This document shows positions 1 to 11,382 of a stretch of DNA of 64,000 bases, piece by piece. A model generated the notes under the pieces. It ran no database searches, was not told where the DNA came from, and saw nothing but the letters and a program-made list of their open reading frames with translations. The stretch comes from Tortispora ganteri (taxonomy: Eukaryota). A program made the position numbers and the translations under genes. Positions within the stretch are counted from its first letter, which is position 1, and the number at the start of each line of letters is the position of its first letter. The stretch lies in the NCBI GenBank assembly GCA_003707115.1, contig PPNB01000021.1, positions 1 to 64,000 on the forward strand. Reading direction: 5' to 3'.

Positions 1-90
1 TAGTGGGGATGTGTGGGGGGAGGGGGCGAACCAACGATATTTTCTTTACATTTTAACAACACCATAAAACAAAGTTCACCAAAATTAAAT

Positions 91-564
91 ATGATTCTTT
101 CATCTACAAATCAGATTTATATGCGCATAGGTTTTCTAGTATCTATAATAATAGCTCTATTATATGACCCTGCTTTGATATTCAACCATGGACTATTATT
201 GTTGTTTGCAACTTCTTTGCATGTCCATGCCGACATTAAAATGGACGGCTATGATACGCCACATGCACAATCCTTGATCGGTGCTCTGATCGTTTCACTT
301 ATATTCATTACAGCTACAGAAGCAATTCAAGTTATGCGATCAGATATTGGTTACTTCGAGGCAATCGTGCCTTTTAGAATGATCGTTATATTCGCAGTAC
401 TGATTGCTGGATATTTTAATTACATTCCTGAGTTTTGTAATGGCTTGGTCATGATGTTTATGTTTGTAGATATGAGTTCTACATTTTGGCTATTCCTTAC
501 TTTGCAGGAAGAGCGGCAAAATAAACTAGACAATGCCCGGAAACAAGCTGCAAAATCAGAATAA
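91..564 (+). CDS. ILM1: Ilm1-family membrane protein (increased loss of mitochondrial DNA protein 1)
   Basis: ORF 13..564 starts at GTG; first ATG is at 91 (MILSSTNQIYMRIGF). Several hydrophobic segments; C-terminal 'FMFVDMSSTFWLFLTLQEERQ' resembles the Ilm1 'F.E...FW...LREER' pattern. Confidence 0.7.
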   Translation: MILSSTNQIYMRIGFLVSIIIALLYDPALIFNHGLLLLFATSLHVHADIKMDGYDTPHAQSLIGALIVSLIFITATEAIQVMRSDIGYFEAIVPFRMIVIFAVLIAGYFNYIPEFCNGLVMMFMFVDMSSTFWLFLTLQEERQNKLDNARKQAAKSE

Positions 565-686
565 AGCATAATTGATTCATTATAATCGATGTCGAATATC
601 ATAGTTAGTCAAGACATTTTCATGCGCGCTAACATTTTCAAAATCATAACATATTCTTTGCGATGATAACCATTGCTCAAAAATGC

Positions 687-2831
687 CTATTCGCCAGCTG
701 CCCAGCTTTGCAGTGTCAACGCCGTCGTGTAACCCATGGCTATTAAACCGGCAATGAAAAGTATAATATCAAAAAATTTGACAATATTTAACGGTCCAGG
801 CTTGCTCTTGAAATGTAATAAAGGTGGGTATATGTATACCAACGGTATACAAGCAAAGCTTCCTACAATAGCAACAAACCTGTCTAAATCATCGGCACCG
901 CCCCATGCGACTAGCGTCGTCAAAATCACAACACCAAATCGGAACAAGTTTTTCTGCCATTTAATGTAATGATTATACTTCCCACTCCTAACGAATAGTC
1001 CATTTTCCATAATTCTGATAGCAGGGAAGAGTTGCAGAGGTGTAGAAAGAAGGATCGCTGCCGAGTACAACAACTGAACACCATTAACGAACGCATTATC
1101 TTGAGGGAAGTTCAACAATACAACCGTTTGTACACTAGAGCCAAAGGCAGCATAGCACACAGCACCCATACCTATAAATACAACAGTGATAATAGCCATC
1201 ACAAGGAGTAAAACTGAAGAGAACTTTTCCGGATGCTGCATACTTTCTTGAATTGGAATAATAAGGCCTATACCCTCGAATGTGAAAATGGCGGTTCCAA
1301 TGAAAAGAGGCCAACTAGATCTGTTGAACAAGACAACGTCTGCAATTCCATCTGTTAAAAGAATATATCCAGAATAGTAGAACAAATAGAGTAATCCAAG
1401 CAAAATGAAGAAATCTGCAATAAGTGCTGTTCCAGATAATTTAGAAATATTGCGGATCATGGCTAAAGGAGTAAATATTACAAATTGAATCAAAATCAGC
1501 TTGATTAATGGAATTTCCACATGATTTGAAGTGACAGCCTTTATAAATGCCTGTAGGTTTTCTGAGGTGAAAACTATATAAGCAGAGGCAAATCCAATTT
1601 GTGATATAACAATGGAAAATAAGATCAAGAATCGCATAAATTTGCCGTATAGTACGCCACCAATATCACCATAACTACTAACAGTCACTGCAGCGCGTGC
1701 TTTCACAAGTAATATCATACAGTAGTAGGATATCACGGCGACAAAAAGAAGCGTAACCGAGGAAAATAATAAACCACCGTTAAGATAAGCACGGGGTAAG
1801 AAAAGGACACCTGTGCCAACGAAACTTTTTAAAAGAAGCAAAATAGCTTTACCGGAGGAGGAAGGCTTACCGCCGGAAGATTTTGGACGTATATGGCGCT
1901 GAGGGCTCAGCAAGGCCGTTTGCTCATTGGCAGTAGCCGTGTGATCTGTAGTATAATCTTCAACGGCAGAGTAATCGTCTTCGATATCTTCGAGTTCTTC
2001 ACCGGCAAAATGGCCGTAAAGTGTGAGGAATTCTATGAAGTTTTTAGTGAGGAACTCGCTAGGCTGAGGTGATGCTTCAGGGTCAGTAGAGAGAGCTCTA
2101 TTTCTAGTTGCAATGAAATCACGACGAAATGCGCCTGGGACTCTTAATTCCTGAGCATGCTGTTCAGCAAGGTCTGCTTGAGGTTTAGGAGATACGGATC
2201 GGGCACGTCTGTGTCGCGTTGATCCATGTTCTGCTTCGTGTGTTCTTTGCCAGTTATAAAGTTGGCGTGTGATATCGCCGCCTTGTAGACGCATATCAGT
2301 GAACTGATCTTCTATTGCCGAGTTGGGGCCAAGTGATTCTGAACCATTTATGTCGTCTGTAGGGACTTCCTGTGGCTGAGTATCGACCAAGTGGCGGCCT
2401 ACGGTTTTGACGACTTCTGGATCGGGGTTGTGGATATCGACTGAATGCGAGGAAGGAGATACTGCAAGTGATGAGGGATTCACATCTCCCATAAATGTAG
2501 ATGGGGTAAATGATGACGGGACAAAATCTGGGACAAATGATTGTCCTGCACTTCGTATAGATTCCGATAAACGAGATACTTTTGAGACTTCGATGGGTTC
2601 ACGTGTTCCGAACGAGATCGCTGAATGTGGGCCGGACGCTGCACCGTTCGTGTTCGTATCAGGGAAATTAGTGTGGGTTGTGACAGATGAGGACAATGGT
2701 GAAGATTGGACAACAGAACCGACTATTGAAGGTGTAGCTTTAGTGTCACTGGTTGATATCGGGGGAGATTGTACCGGTGATCCAAGGCGTTGTGTGACGG
2801 AAGTGCGTCTTGCTGATTTCTTGGAGTCCAT
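687..2831 (-). CDS. AVT3: Vacuolar amino acid transporter, AAAP/Aa_trans family (Avt3/Avt4-like)
   Basis: 714 aa; long Ser-rich N-terminus with 'LQGGDITRQLY' and 'FIEFLTLYGHFAGEEL', then a multi-TM domain starting 'LLLLKSFVGTGVLFLP'. Confidence 0.85.
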   Translation of the reverse strand: MDSKKSARRTSVTQRLGSPVQSPPISTSDTKATPSIVGSVVQSSPLSSSVTTHTNFPDTNTNGAASGPHSAISFGTREPIEVSKVSRLSESIRSAGQSFVPDFVPSSFTPSTFMGDVNPSSLAVSPSSHSVDIHNPDPEVVKTVGRHLVDTQPQEVPTDDINGSESLGPNSAIEDQFTDMRLQGGDITRQLYNWQRTHEAEHGSTRHRRARSVSPKPQADLAEQHAQELRVPGAFRRDFIATRNRALSTDPEASPQPSEFLTKNFIEFLTLYGHFAGEELEDIEDDYSAVEDYTTDHTATANEQTALLSPQRHIRPKSSGGKPSSSGKAILLLLKSFVGTGVLFLPRAYLNGGLLFSSVTLLFVAVISYYCMILLVKARAAVTVSSYGDIGGVLYGKFMRFLILFSIVISQIGFASAYIVFTSENLQAFIKAVTSNHVEIPLIKLILIQFVIFTPLAMIRNISKLSGTALIADFFILLGLLYLFYYSGYILLTDGIADVVLFNRSSWPLFIGTAIFTFEGIGLIIPIQESMQHPEKFSSVLLLVMAIITVVFIGMGAVCYAAFGSSVQTVVLLNFPQDNAFVNGVQLLYSAAILLSTPLQLFPAIRIMENGLFVRSGKYNHYIKWQKNLFRFGVVILTTLVAWGGADDLDRFVAIVGSFACIPLVYIYPPLLHFKSKPGPLNIVKFFDIILFIAGLIAMGYTTALTLQSWAAGE

Positions 2832-3578
2832 TGTAAAGAAGAAATAAAAGAAAAGACCAGAAAAGTTAAGAAAGTCAAAAGTAGATAGATATCAGATTAA
2901 GTAATTGTTTTTTTGATAGGAAAAAATGCAGTTTTGTACAGTAAAAAGAAAAAAAAATTTACCACGTGTCCAGGCGCTGTGGCGGAGAGAACAGTTGGTT
3001 GTAGTATTGGTATTGAAATTGAATACAGTGGAAAGAATTGAACGCGTTTTTTGTCTCTTTATTTTTGATTAGTCGATTCCAGCAGTGGAATAAAAATAAA
3101 ATAAAATGAACGAAATAAAGAAAACCGTTTTTATTATGGGTGCCTTTTTTTTTTTTCTGGCCGTATTTAGACTGAAGAAAGGGGGTTTATAAATAGGCCC
3201 GTTATAAGTACATAGTATTAAAGTATTGTTGCAACTATTGATCTGACCAATAGTAACGCGATTATTGGAATTAGTGTTTACTAGGCAGCTGTTATGCTGA
3301 TTCATAGTACCGCCTTAAATATACCTTGAGCAATTAGTCACATGCAGAAAAAATATCAAAACCAATAATTTAAGACTTTAAATTTCCTAATTTGTTTTCT
3401 AGACTCTACTTACATTAAAATCTCATAGAATATAACGAATAGTTGCCAATTGGTATACTACAACATATGAACTCTAATTTGAGAATCATCTTGATTATCG
3501 TGTGGACCCCTTTCTGTTTTCTTATCTTTTGCGTTAACATTCAAGCTTCCACGTAAATTTTGCCTTTCTTAATACTGA

Positions 3579-6500
3579 ATGGCCAAACTTGGGACGTTTG
3601 CTGGCGTGTTTATACCTACTACGCTCAATGTTCTATCGATTCTCCTATATCTGCGTTATGGCTTTATGTTAGGCCAGTTGGGCGTAGTCGGCATGATCGG
3701 CACTTTGTGTGTCTCTTACGCTGTCAATCTCTTAACCACACTCTCTATATCTGCTATATCTACAAATGGTACAGTTCGTGGTGGTGGTACATATTACATG
3801 ATATCGCGTAGTCTGGGCCCCGAATTCGGTGGCAGTATAGGTATTGTCTTCTACTTAGGTCAAGTATTCAACGCCGCTATGAATGTCGCTGGTTTCTGTG
3901 AACCACTTATGTTTAATTTCAACAGCAATAATGCAAGAATGAAACCTATACTACCTGAAGGAAGATGGTGGGAATTTACTTACTCTTCAATTCTCCTTCT
4001 TATCTGCACCATTCTTAGCGCTGTTGGTTCCAATGTCTTTTCAAATGCCGGCTACATCTTATTCTGTATCCTCGCAATCTCTATACTTTCTATAATTGTC
4101 TCTGCTGTCTTTAGAAACTCTTTTTACATCCCCGGTACTGATCTTTTCTACACTGGTCTAAATTGGGGTACCTTCACTGAGAACTTCCTACCCAATTTCA
4201 CTTCAGGCGCTGCTGGCTCAGATATCGCTCCACAAATAGAAACCTTCAGACACATTTTTGGTATCTTCTTTCCTTCAACTGCCGGTATATTTGCTGGCGC
4301 TTCTATGTCTGGACAGCTCAAGGACCCGTCACGTTCCATCCCCAATGGTACCTTATGGGGCCTTCTGACTACGTTTGTCGTCTACTTCTTGATCATCTTA
4401 TTCATGGGCGCTTCTATTCCCCGCCAGATTCTCTATGAGGATGTTCAAGTACTACAGACTGTTGCTCTTTCTAAGACTATTATCCTATTAGGCGAACTCA
4501 GTACCTCTTTGTTCTCAGCAATTGTGGGTATTGTCGGAGCAGCTAATGTGCTGGCAGCCGTATCTAAGGATCATCTTTTAGGTGACAATGGATACTTTGC
4601 AAAAGAGAATACGTCCGGTCCTTTTCGTGCAATTATCATGTCCTATCTCATTTGTCAAATCACCTTGTTCTTCGACATCAATCAAATCGCTGGCCTTATC
4701 ACTATGTCCTTCTTGCTCACCTTTCTTATCACCAACCTAGCGTGCTTCTTATTGAAAATCTCAAGTGCGCCTAATTTTAGACCACTGTTTCGTTGGTTTA
4801 ACTGGGAAACTGCTTTTGCTGGAGCAATAGCATCTTTTGTGGCAATGTACATATGTGATGGCGCCACTGCAACAGCTGCGTTTGGCTTAGAAATGTTTTT
4901 ATTCTTTCTTATACATATGTTTTCTCCTCCAAAGCCATGGGGTGATGTTTCTCAGACTCTGATTTATCACCAGGTGCGTAAGTACCTTCTGCGTTTGCGA
5001 CAAGACCATGTTAAGTTCTGGAGACCCCAGATCCTTCTGTTCGTCGACGAACCGCGCACTTGTTGGAATCTTATTTTATTTTGCAACGCCTTAAAAAAGG
5101 GTTCTCTATACGTTTTGGGCCATGCTGTTATTGTGAAACGAGAAGAAATAGATTCTGATGAATGGTATAAGGAAATCAATTTTCAACGTAATTGTTGGAC
5201 TAAACTCAGAGATTTAAGCAAAATCAAGGCATTTATACAGGTTCTACCGGCACCTAGCTTAGTCTGGGGTGTCCGTGATATTGCCCTGTCTACAGGCTTA
5301 GGTGGCATGAAGCCGAACATAGCCATTCTAGGTTTCTTCGAAACACGAAATCAGTATTTGCGCAAATCACATCACGCTACATTTTCTCACTCTGATAACT
5401 CTGATTCCAATGCTAATGGCACAGCTGTAAGTACCGCTAAGACAACTTCCTCTAAAGACACTATGGTGGATATTTCTCCTCTACCAACTGATTACTGTCG
5501 CACTGAGCACCCGGCCAAAGTGACTGAATGGGTTGAGATAATTGAGTCGCTACTAAAAATGAGGCTTGATATTGCTATTGCTAAAGGTTTTCCAAGCCTT
5601 GAAATCCCACATCCAATCAAGAAATTCCCTTGGTCGCGCGAAACCAATTTGCATGGCACTGACTTGCGAAAGAAATACATCGATTTATGGCCTATTCAGA
5701 TGAGTGCACAAGTATTTGATCCTACACGCGAAATGAATGTGATGACTACTAATTTTGATACATATAGTTTGATCCTACAAATGGGACAGATTCTGCATTC
5801 AGTTGATGCTTGGAACCGCACTTATAAATTGCGTGTGATCGTATTTGTGGAATTCCGCGAAGATGTTACTGATGAAAGTATCCGTATCAAAGAGCTTTTA
5901 CGATCTTTGAGAATTAGAGCTCACGTTATTGTGCTTTGCTTATCAGAACTTGGACTCAACAGCTACAACTGTATTGTGAGGGGCGCAAAAGACACTTCTG
6001 GTAAGATTGATCGTATTTTAAGCGACGTGCAGTGGTGGAAAGATTGCAAAATGTATCGTGAGAGAACAAAACGAGATACGAATTCTCGTAATTCTGATGG
6101 TTCTATCAAAACTTCAGTTGCCGCTTCACGACAGCGCAGTATACAGGCTCAGCTGCGCAGACCCTCGCAAGTCATACGCAGAAGATCAGTTTTACATTCG
6201 CAAGTTGCAGCGGGTAGCTTTCAAATTCAAACTCAAATGTTGCCGAATGCTGATCTTGAAGACTCGTCTGCAGATGACGACGATGAAGATTTCACGGACG
6301 AAGACTACTATAATCATAACTTTGATAAGACAGACGCTGACAGTGTAGGCAGCGACATAGACAGCCGAGCTGCTTCAGACTCGGACTTTGTGCCTCATGA
6401 AAACATTAAATCTAAAAAGGATATTTTCCGTATTTTCAGGAACAGAGTCATGTCAGCATCGGAAAGCGAGTACCACGATGAGGTTCCGCCCATTACTATT

Positions 6501-7118
6501 TCTAAGGCTACAGGCAAGAACTCTTCTACTCGGCCTAGCAGGTCTGGTAGTCGGGTATCTTTAGTGAATTCGCGCAGGTCTATGCCTATGTTTTCGTCCG
6601 ATACTATTCCCACAACTACGGTCAATGCGGACTGCGAAGATGGAATCAACCCCACGATCTCATTTAGCCGACCTGTTAGCCGCCACCATTCTAATGAGAA
6701 TATAGTTAATGACGAAGCGGTTTTAAATTCTGAACAGTCGTCACTTTTGAGTAAGAGCGAGACTGGTACGGAAACAGCGCAGTATCAGGCGATAAAAACC
6801 ACATCAGATGATGTGCTTACTAGGAGTCATAGCCGGTCTTCTAGCAAACACGGGTCAGGAGAGAAGTCCAAATTCTATGGTATTACGTTCAATGAGGTAC
6901 CGGCCATTGCTCAGCACATAATATTGAACGAAGCTATGCACAGTACTAGCGACGATACGGCGGTGATATTTTCAACGCTACCATTGCCATTACCTGGCAC
7001 TGGTCGAAGAACTGACGACTCGCTAGCGTACGTTTCTGAACTGTCGGTTTTATGCGATCGACTACCGCCTATATTGTTGATGCATTCGCAGTCGGTTACC
7101 GTTACTGCAGCTTTATGA
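3579..7118 (+). CDS. VHC1: Vacuolar cation-chloride cotransporter (SLC12 family)
   Basis: 1179 aa; 'KLGTFAGVFIPTTLNVLSI', 'GGGTYYMISRSLGPEFGGSIG', 'HVKFWRPQILL', 'GLGGMKPN'. Confidence 0.9.
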   Translation: MAKLGTFAGVFIPTTLNVLSILLYLRYGFMLGQLGVVGMIGTLCVSYAVNLLTTLSISAISTNGTVRGGGTYYMISRSLGPEFGGSIGIVFYLGQVFNAAMNVAGFCEPLMFNFNSNNARMKPILPEGRWWEFTYSSILLLICTILSAVGSNVFSNAGYILFCILAISILSIIVSAVFRNSFYIPGTDLFYTGLNWGTFTENFLPNFTSGAAGSDIAPQIETFRHIFGIFFPSTAGIFAGASMSGQLKDPSRSIPNGTLWGLLTTFVVYFLIILFMGASIPRQILYEDVQVLQTVALSKTIILLGELSTSLFSAIVGIVGAANVLAAVSKDHLLGDNGYFAKENTSGPFRAIIMSYLICQITLFFDINQIAGLITMSFLLTFLITNLACFLLKISSAPNFRPLFRWFNWETAFAGAIASFVAMYICDGATATAAFGLEMFLFFLIHMFSPPKPWGDVSQTLIYHQVRKYLLRLRQDHVKFWRPQILLFVDEPRTCWNLILFCNALKKGSLYVLGHAVIVKREEIDSDEWYKEINFQRNCWTKLRDLSKIKAFIQVLPAPSLVWGVRDIALSTGLGGMKPNIAILGFFETRNQYLRKSHHATFSHSDNSDSNANGTAVSTAKTTSSKDTMVDISPLPTDYCRTEHPAKVTEWVEIIESLLKMRLDIAIAKGFPSLEIPHPIKKFPWSRETNLHGTDLRKKYIDLWPIQMSAQVFDPTREMNVMTTNFDTYSLILQMGQILHSVDAWNRTYKLRVIVFVEFREDVTDESIRIKELLRSLRIRAHVIVLCLSELGLNSYNCIVRGAKDTSGKIDRILSDVQWWKDCKMYRERTKRDTNSRNSDGSIKTSVAASRQRSIQAQLRRPSQVIRRRSVLHSQVAAGSFQIQTQMLPNADLEDSSADDDDEDFTDEDYYNHNFDKTDADSVGSDIDSRAASDSDFVPHENIKSKKDIFRIFRNRVMSASESEYHDEVPPITISKATGKNSSTRPSRSGSRVSLVNSRRSMPMFSSDTIPTTTVNADCEDGINPTISFSRPVSRHHSNENIVNDEAVLNSEQSSLLSKSETGTETAQYQAIKTTSDDVLTRSHSRSSSKHGSGEKSKFYGITFNEVPAIAQHIILNEAMHSTSDDTAVIFSTLPLPLPGTGRRTDDSLAYVSELSVLCDRLPPILLMHSQSVTVTAAL

Positions 7119-7168
7119 ATTAGATTACATAATATAAAGCATGATTTATGACTTAAACCAACTAACGG

Positions 7169-8113
7169 CTAGCTTGATTTAGCCATATAAGACCAGTAGT
7201 TCGCCCTTATAGGATCGTATGTGCTTGCTAATGCTTCGTAGGCTATTTTACCTCTGATTGACTGTTTTCTAGCGTACATATCTGCAAGCAAAGCAAGAGC
7301 GTGTGTAGATGTGATGAGAGGTTCAATAGTGGTATCTTCAGTGTCGAATATATTAGCGAATTTGAGGCAGAACTCTTCCATAACGTCAAGTGATGTATTT
7401 GTTTTCTTTAAAACCGCAGAAATGTAATTCCAAGGGCTGGCATTGTCTGGAGCAAGATCTATAGCTGCTTTAGCGTAATTAATTTCTGATTCTGCGCAAG
7501 CGATCATTTCAGGCGTCGCGGGGTCTACTGGTAAGCCGAAAAGAACAAAGAATCTGTGATTCCATGCTGAATTGTTGCGTATATCATCTTCTAGCATGCG
7601 ATGAACAAAAGCTAATTCTATTTCGACTGCAGGCGGGTTTTGTAGACCGTATTGTTGCACAAGCCATTGGCGGTACGACCAGACATGGTAGTTCTTTGAA
7701 TCTGCAAGCAGCATCCGCTCGATAAATATACATTCAGCTTTAATATTAGGTGTACCTTGGATCATTCTTGTTAGCAGATTAGATCGATGTTGCAGGATTT
7801 GGTAGTTCTTTGGATGCGCTTCTGCGACAGACTCTAACCACGCGAGTTCGCCGTCTACAGTCTGACTGGTTTTCGGAAGAATATCAATTCGGTATGCCCA
7901 AACGGTATAATGGGCAGGGTTCAAAGAAATTACGGCAGAAGTGATGGCAAGAGCCCTGTCAGAAGCTTCGCCTGACTTCATTAGAGCACGAAGCAGGCCT
8001 GAAGTCTCCTTATAATCGTCATTGTATATAATCGCGCAGAGCGGGTCAGGTCCGTCGTCTTGTGGTATTGGTACAATGTCGGAATAGTCATAATCTTTCC
8101 AGTTATAAGACAT
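7169..8113 (-). CDS. RAM2: Protein farnesyltransferase/geranylgeranyltransferase-I alpha subunit
   Basis: PPTA repeats 'NPAHYTVWAYR', 'PKNYQILQHR', 'DSKNYHVWSYRQW', 'DIRNNSAWNHR', ending 'YDPIRANYW'. Likely start is the ATG at 8113 (MSYNWKDYDYSDIVPIPQ); the ORF is open up to 8215. Confidence 0.92.
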   Translation of the reverse strand: MSYNWKDYDYSDIVPIPQDDGPDPLCAIIYNDDYKETSGLLRALMKSGEASDRALAITSAVISLNPAHYTVWAYRIDILPKTSQTVDGELAWLESVAEAHPKNYQILQHRSNLLTRMIQGTPNIKAECIFIERMLLADSKNYHVWSYRQWLVQQYGLQNPPAVEIELAFVHRMLEDDIRNNSAWNHRFFVLFGLPVDPATPEMIACAESEINYAKAAIDLAPDNASPWNYISAVLKKTNTSLDVMEEFCLKFANIFDTEDTTIEPLITSTHALALLADMYARKQSIRGKIAYEALASTYDPIRANYWSYMAKSS

Positions 8114-8476
8114 TGTAGCGGTAGTTATATATTGTGTGGTGATAACTAAATGAGAGTATTTAAATCTGAGAAATGTCTCTTTGAAGGTGATTGGGCTCAT
8201 TGTTGTAAGGGTCATTGTGAGTTTCCTGTTCAGACAGTTGTAACTGTCAAACCTTATTTCTTAGATAAGAACTGAAGTGCTTACGCTTTGGACAACCTAA
8301 ACATGGGAATAACTTTTAATTTACAGTATAATGTTATTTAAATAGTTATTTTCTCCTGTTTCTGCTGGTTTAGAAATTGTACTGTTGATTTTTGTTTTGC
8401 GCTGGACTGTATGGCGGATAAACTGATGGTTACTGCGTGTAGTTACAAGTTTTCCATCGTACACATAGACACCACT

Positions 8477-9529
8477 ATGGCCTCATCAGTGCATGGTATA
8501 AGACCACTCCCAGAGTCGCAATATGACCTAAAAACGTACTGGGGGCGTGTAAGACATTGTGCTGAGGTATCTGATCCAAGGTAAATAGAAGATATGATAC
8601 TATGGGTGAGAATGTCACTAACCGAATATAGAATGCTGCTTGTATCTAAACACCAGCTGGATGAAGCGCGTAATATTGTATCGAATTATCGCAATGACAA
8701 GTCAGCTGAAGCAACTCCGCAATTTTGGCATGCGAAAAAGATTCTTGACTCGACTCTGCACCCGGATACGGGCGAGCCTGTATTGTTACCATTCAGAATG
8801 TCATGTTTTGTGCTTTCTAATTTAGTAGTTACTGCCGGTATGTTGACGCCGAACCTCGGGACTGCAGGTACATTATTCTGGCAGGTGGCAAATCAATCAC
8901 TAAATGTTGCAGTAAACACTGCAAATGCTAACAAGTCGCACCCGCTAACTACGAAACAGTTGCTGACTTCGTATGCGCTCGCCGTTTCTGCTTCCTGCTC
9001 AGTTGCCCTTGGCTTAAACGCAATAGTTCCTCGTTTGAAAAATATAAATCCAGGAACCAAGGTCGTATTGTCGAGGTTAGTACCCTTTGCTGCTGTTGCA
9101 TCTGCCGGTATGTTGAATGTGTTTCTGATGCGTAGCGAAGAGATTCGTCGCGGAATCTCCGTCTACGACGCTGACGCAGAGATCACTCCAAATACACCTT
9201 CTTTAGGCAAATCACGTACAGCTGCATTACATGCCGTTGGAGAAACTGCTTTGAGTCGTGTCATAAATTCAACTCCAGTTATGGTCATTCCACCTCTGAT
9301 CCTCGTGCGTCTTCAGCGCACTCTACTTAAAGGCAAAGGCCCTCTGGCTGTCACATGCGCCAATCTTGGTCTTATACTCACTACTTCTCTTGTTGCACTA
9401 CCATTTGCTCTAGGTGTATTTCCGCAGGTCAAGACAATGCCAACGAGCAAGCTAGAGCCAGAGTTTAAAGACCTCAAGCGTGCAGATGGTTCGCCTATCA
9501 CTCGTGTTGTCTTTAATAGAGGTATGTAG
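8477..9529 (+). CDS. FSF1: Sideroflexin, mitochondrial (2 exons: 8477-8580, 8632-9529)
   Basis: Exon 1 encodes MASSVHGIRPLPESQYDLKTYWGRVRHCAEVSDP; splicing restores 'SDPRMLLVS'. Family motifs 'HPDTGEPVLLPFRMS', 'WQVANQSLNVAVNTANAN', C-terminal 'FNRGM'. Confidence 0.93.
8581..8631 (+). other. Spliceosomal intron in FSF1 (51 nt)
   Basis: GTAAAT donor, CACTAAC branch point, TAG acceptor; removal joins the sideroflexin frame. Confidence 0.9.
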
Positions 9530-9611
9530 ATAAAAATTATAAAAAATATAAAAGTATTATATTTGTATTAATAGTACATATCCATTATTGACAGAATGTT
9601 TCACGTAATCT

Positions 9612-10926
9612 TCACCAGTACTGCCAATGAGCGCCGTCATTCATACTAAAATGGTCAATGATATCCTCAGAACACTTGAATGAACAGAACAAATCACTAT
9701 CAAACAATGACGCTGGCGTATTCTCATTTTGCACAACAAACCCCACACCAGGTCCACCAAGACTACCGTCAAATGCCTTAGAATTATACTCATCGCGTAC
9801 ATGCGTCTTAAATGCTTCTATATTGGCAGGATCGGCTTGTGGTTTAACTAACGTAATAGAACAGCCACCACCACCTGCGCCAGTTAGTTTAGTTTCTCCG
9901 ACACCGTTTTCAATGCTCGACAACCTGATGCGCTCGAGCATCGGATGTGATACACCCAGCCCTTCGAGCAGTCCGTGATTAATGCGAAACAGAGTTTGTA
10001 ACTGCCGACTACGTTCCTCTGTGTCCAGCTCGGGTGATGACAGCAGTCTATAGGCCTCCGAAGAGACAGTGCCTATTGATTCAATAAGAGAGTTTCCAAT
10101 AACGGGCATGTCGCGGATCAAAGTGTGCACTCCAGCTACAAGTGTAGCAGTACTTTTAGGAATGCGCGTGTCGGTTAAAATTAAACGAAGCGGTGGAAAG
10201 TTTGGTATTTGTTCGTATGAAGAAGCGCCAGATTTTGTTCGTTGGAACTTAACAGCGCCGCCGTATGTAGCGACTGTATTGTCGATACCTGAAGGGTTGC
10301 CGTGGATAGCTATTTCACCAAGAAATGCATATGCATTGATAAGTTTGAGAGTACTGGGGTCTGGTGAGCTGACAGTATCGATAGATATTTTGCCTGTAAG
10401 TACTAAAAGACCAGCCGCAATGGATACTGATACTGCGGCTGATGATCCAAGACCCGCGCCTACAGGCAGTGTAGAGCGCAGAACAAACTGACCACCACGA
10501 CTAAATGGTTTAGTAAGTAGACAGTACAAATATAAGAAAACAAAAGCGGCTTTCAGTTTCATGGGTTGACCTGCAAGGTTAGTGAGTAGAGCGTTTAGTG
10601 GTTTAACGATAGTTTGGTCAAGTGAGGTTTGGATTATATTTTCGTGATCTGGAATCACGCCTATTGGTAAATCTGCAAGTTTCCATGTCATATCAAGATC
10701 TATATCGGGAAAAGTGAGTGTTATAGTATCGTAAACGTCCTGTGGTTGTTTGATGAGGAGGTAGGCGCGAAGAGATAGTGATGCAGAGATTGCCGGCTAA
10801 ATGTTAGAATTATTAATTAAACAAAATTCTTAAAATTTTTAAAATACATACCTGATAATGAACGACAGCATGTTCACCAAAGACAATGACTTTGCCAGGC
10901 GCAGATATTAGTAAAGAACGACTCAT
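9612..10926 (-). CDS. ERG12: Mevalonate kinase (2 exons: 10926-10852, 10796-9612)
   Basis: Exon 1 MSRSLLISAPGKVIVFGEHAVVHYQ joins exon 2 PAISASLSLRAY. GHMP motifs 'LPVGAGLGSSAA', 'HGNPSGIDN', 'KLTGAGGGGC'. Confidence 0.95.
10797..10851 (-). other. Spliceosomal intron in ERG12 (55 nt)
   Basis: Minus strand GTATGT donor, TTCTAAC branch point, TTAG acceptor; phase 0; AT-rich. Confidence 0.92.
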
Positions 10927-11382
10927 GGGTATTAAGATGGTGTAAGAAGGGAAGGTATAGGCACATATTGGGAAAGTTGAAGGTTTGACATTGATAGATG
11001 GCAATATCGGTATAATTGATGTTCTGTATTGGAAAACAATTTCAGCGAGATTCTAGATTCATTATTATGATGTTAGAAAGAGTTCTAAAGAAGTATAAAA
11101 AGTGCTCTTTAGTCAACAAGTGTAGAGGGAATAATGATCTCAATATAGACAATCTGAATAACTGCTGTCATCATCACAATATTTCCTCATTTATTCATAA
11201 TTTAAACTTGACATGCCACTTTTAAATTGATCTTTCTATTAAGACAGCTCATAATTAATCAAATAAATCACCTCTTTCTGAGATATGACCATAAGAGTGG
11301 TGTATTATCTGATGAATCATCATCGTCGTTACCTTCATTAGATTTGTAGGCAAATAGTTATCTCAGAATGTTCCTGTTCTTG

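Noticed and set aside
7169..10926. Isoprenoid gene cluster (RAM2 near ERG12)
   Set aside because: Only two loosely related housekeeping genes, separated by FSF1; no shared motif seen; chance proximity is sufficient.
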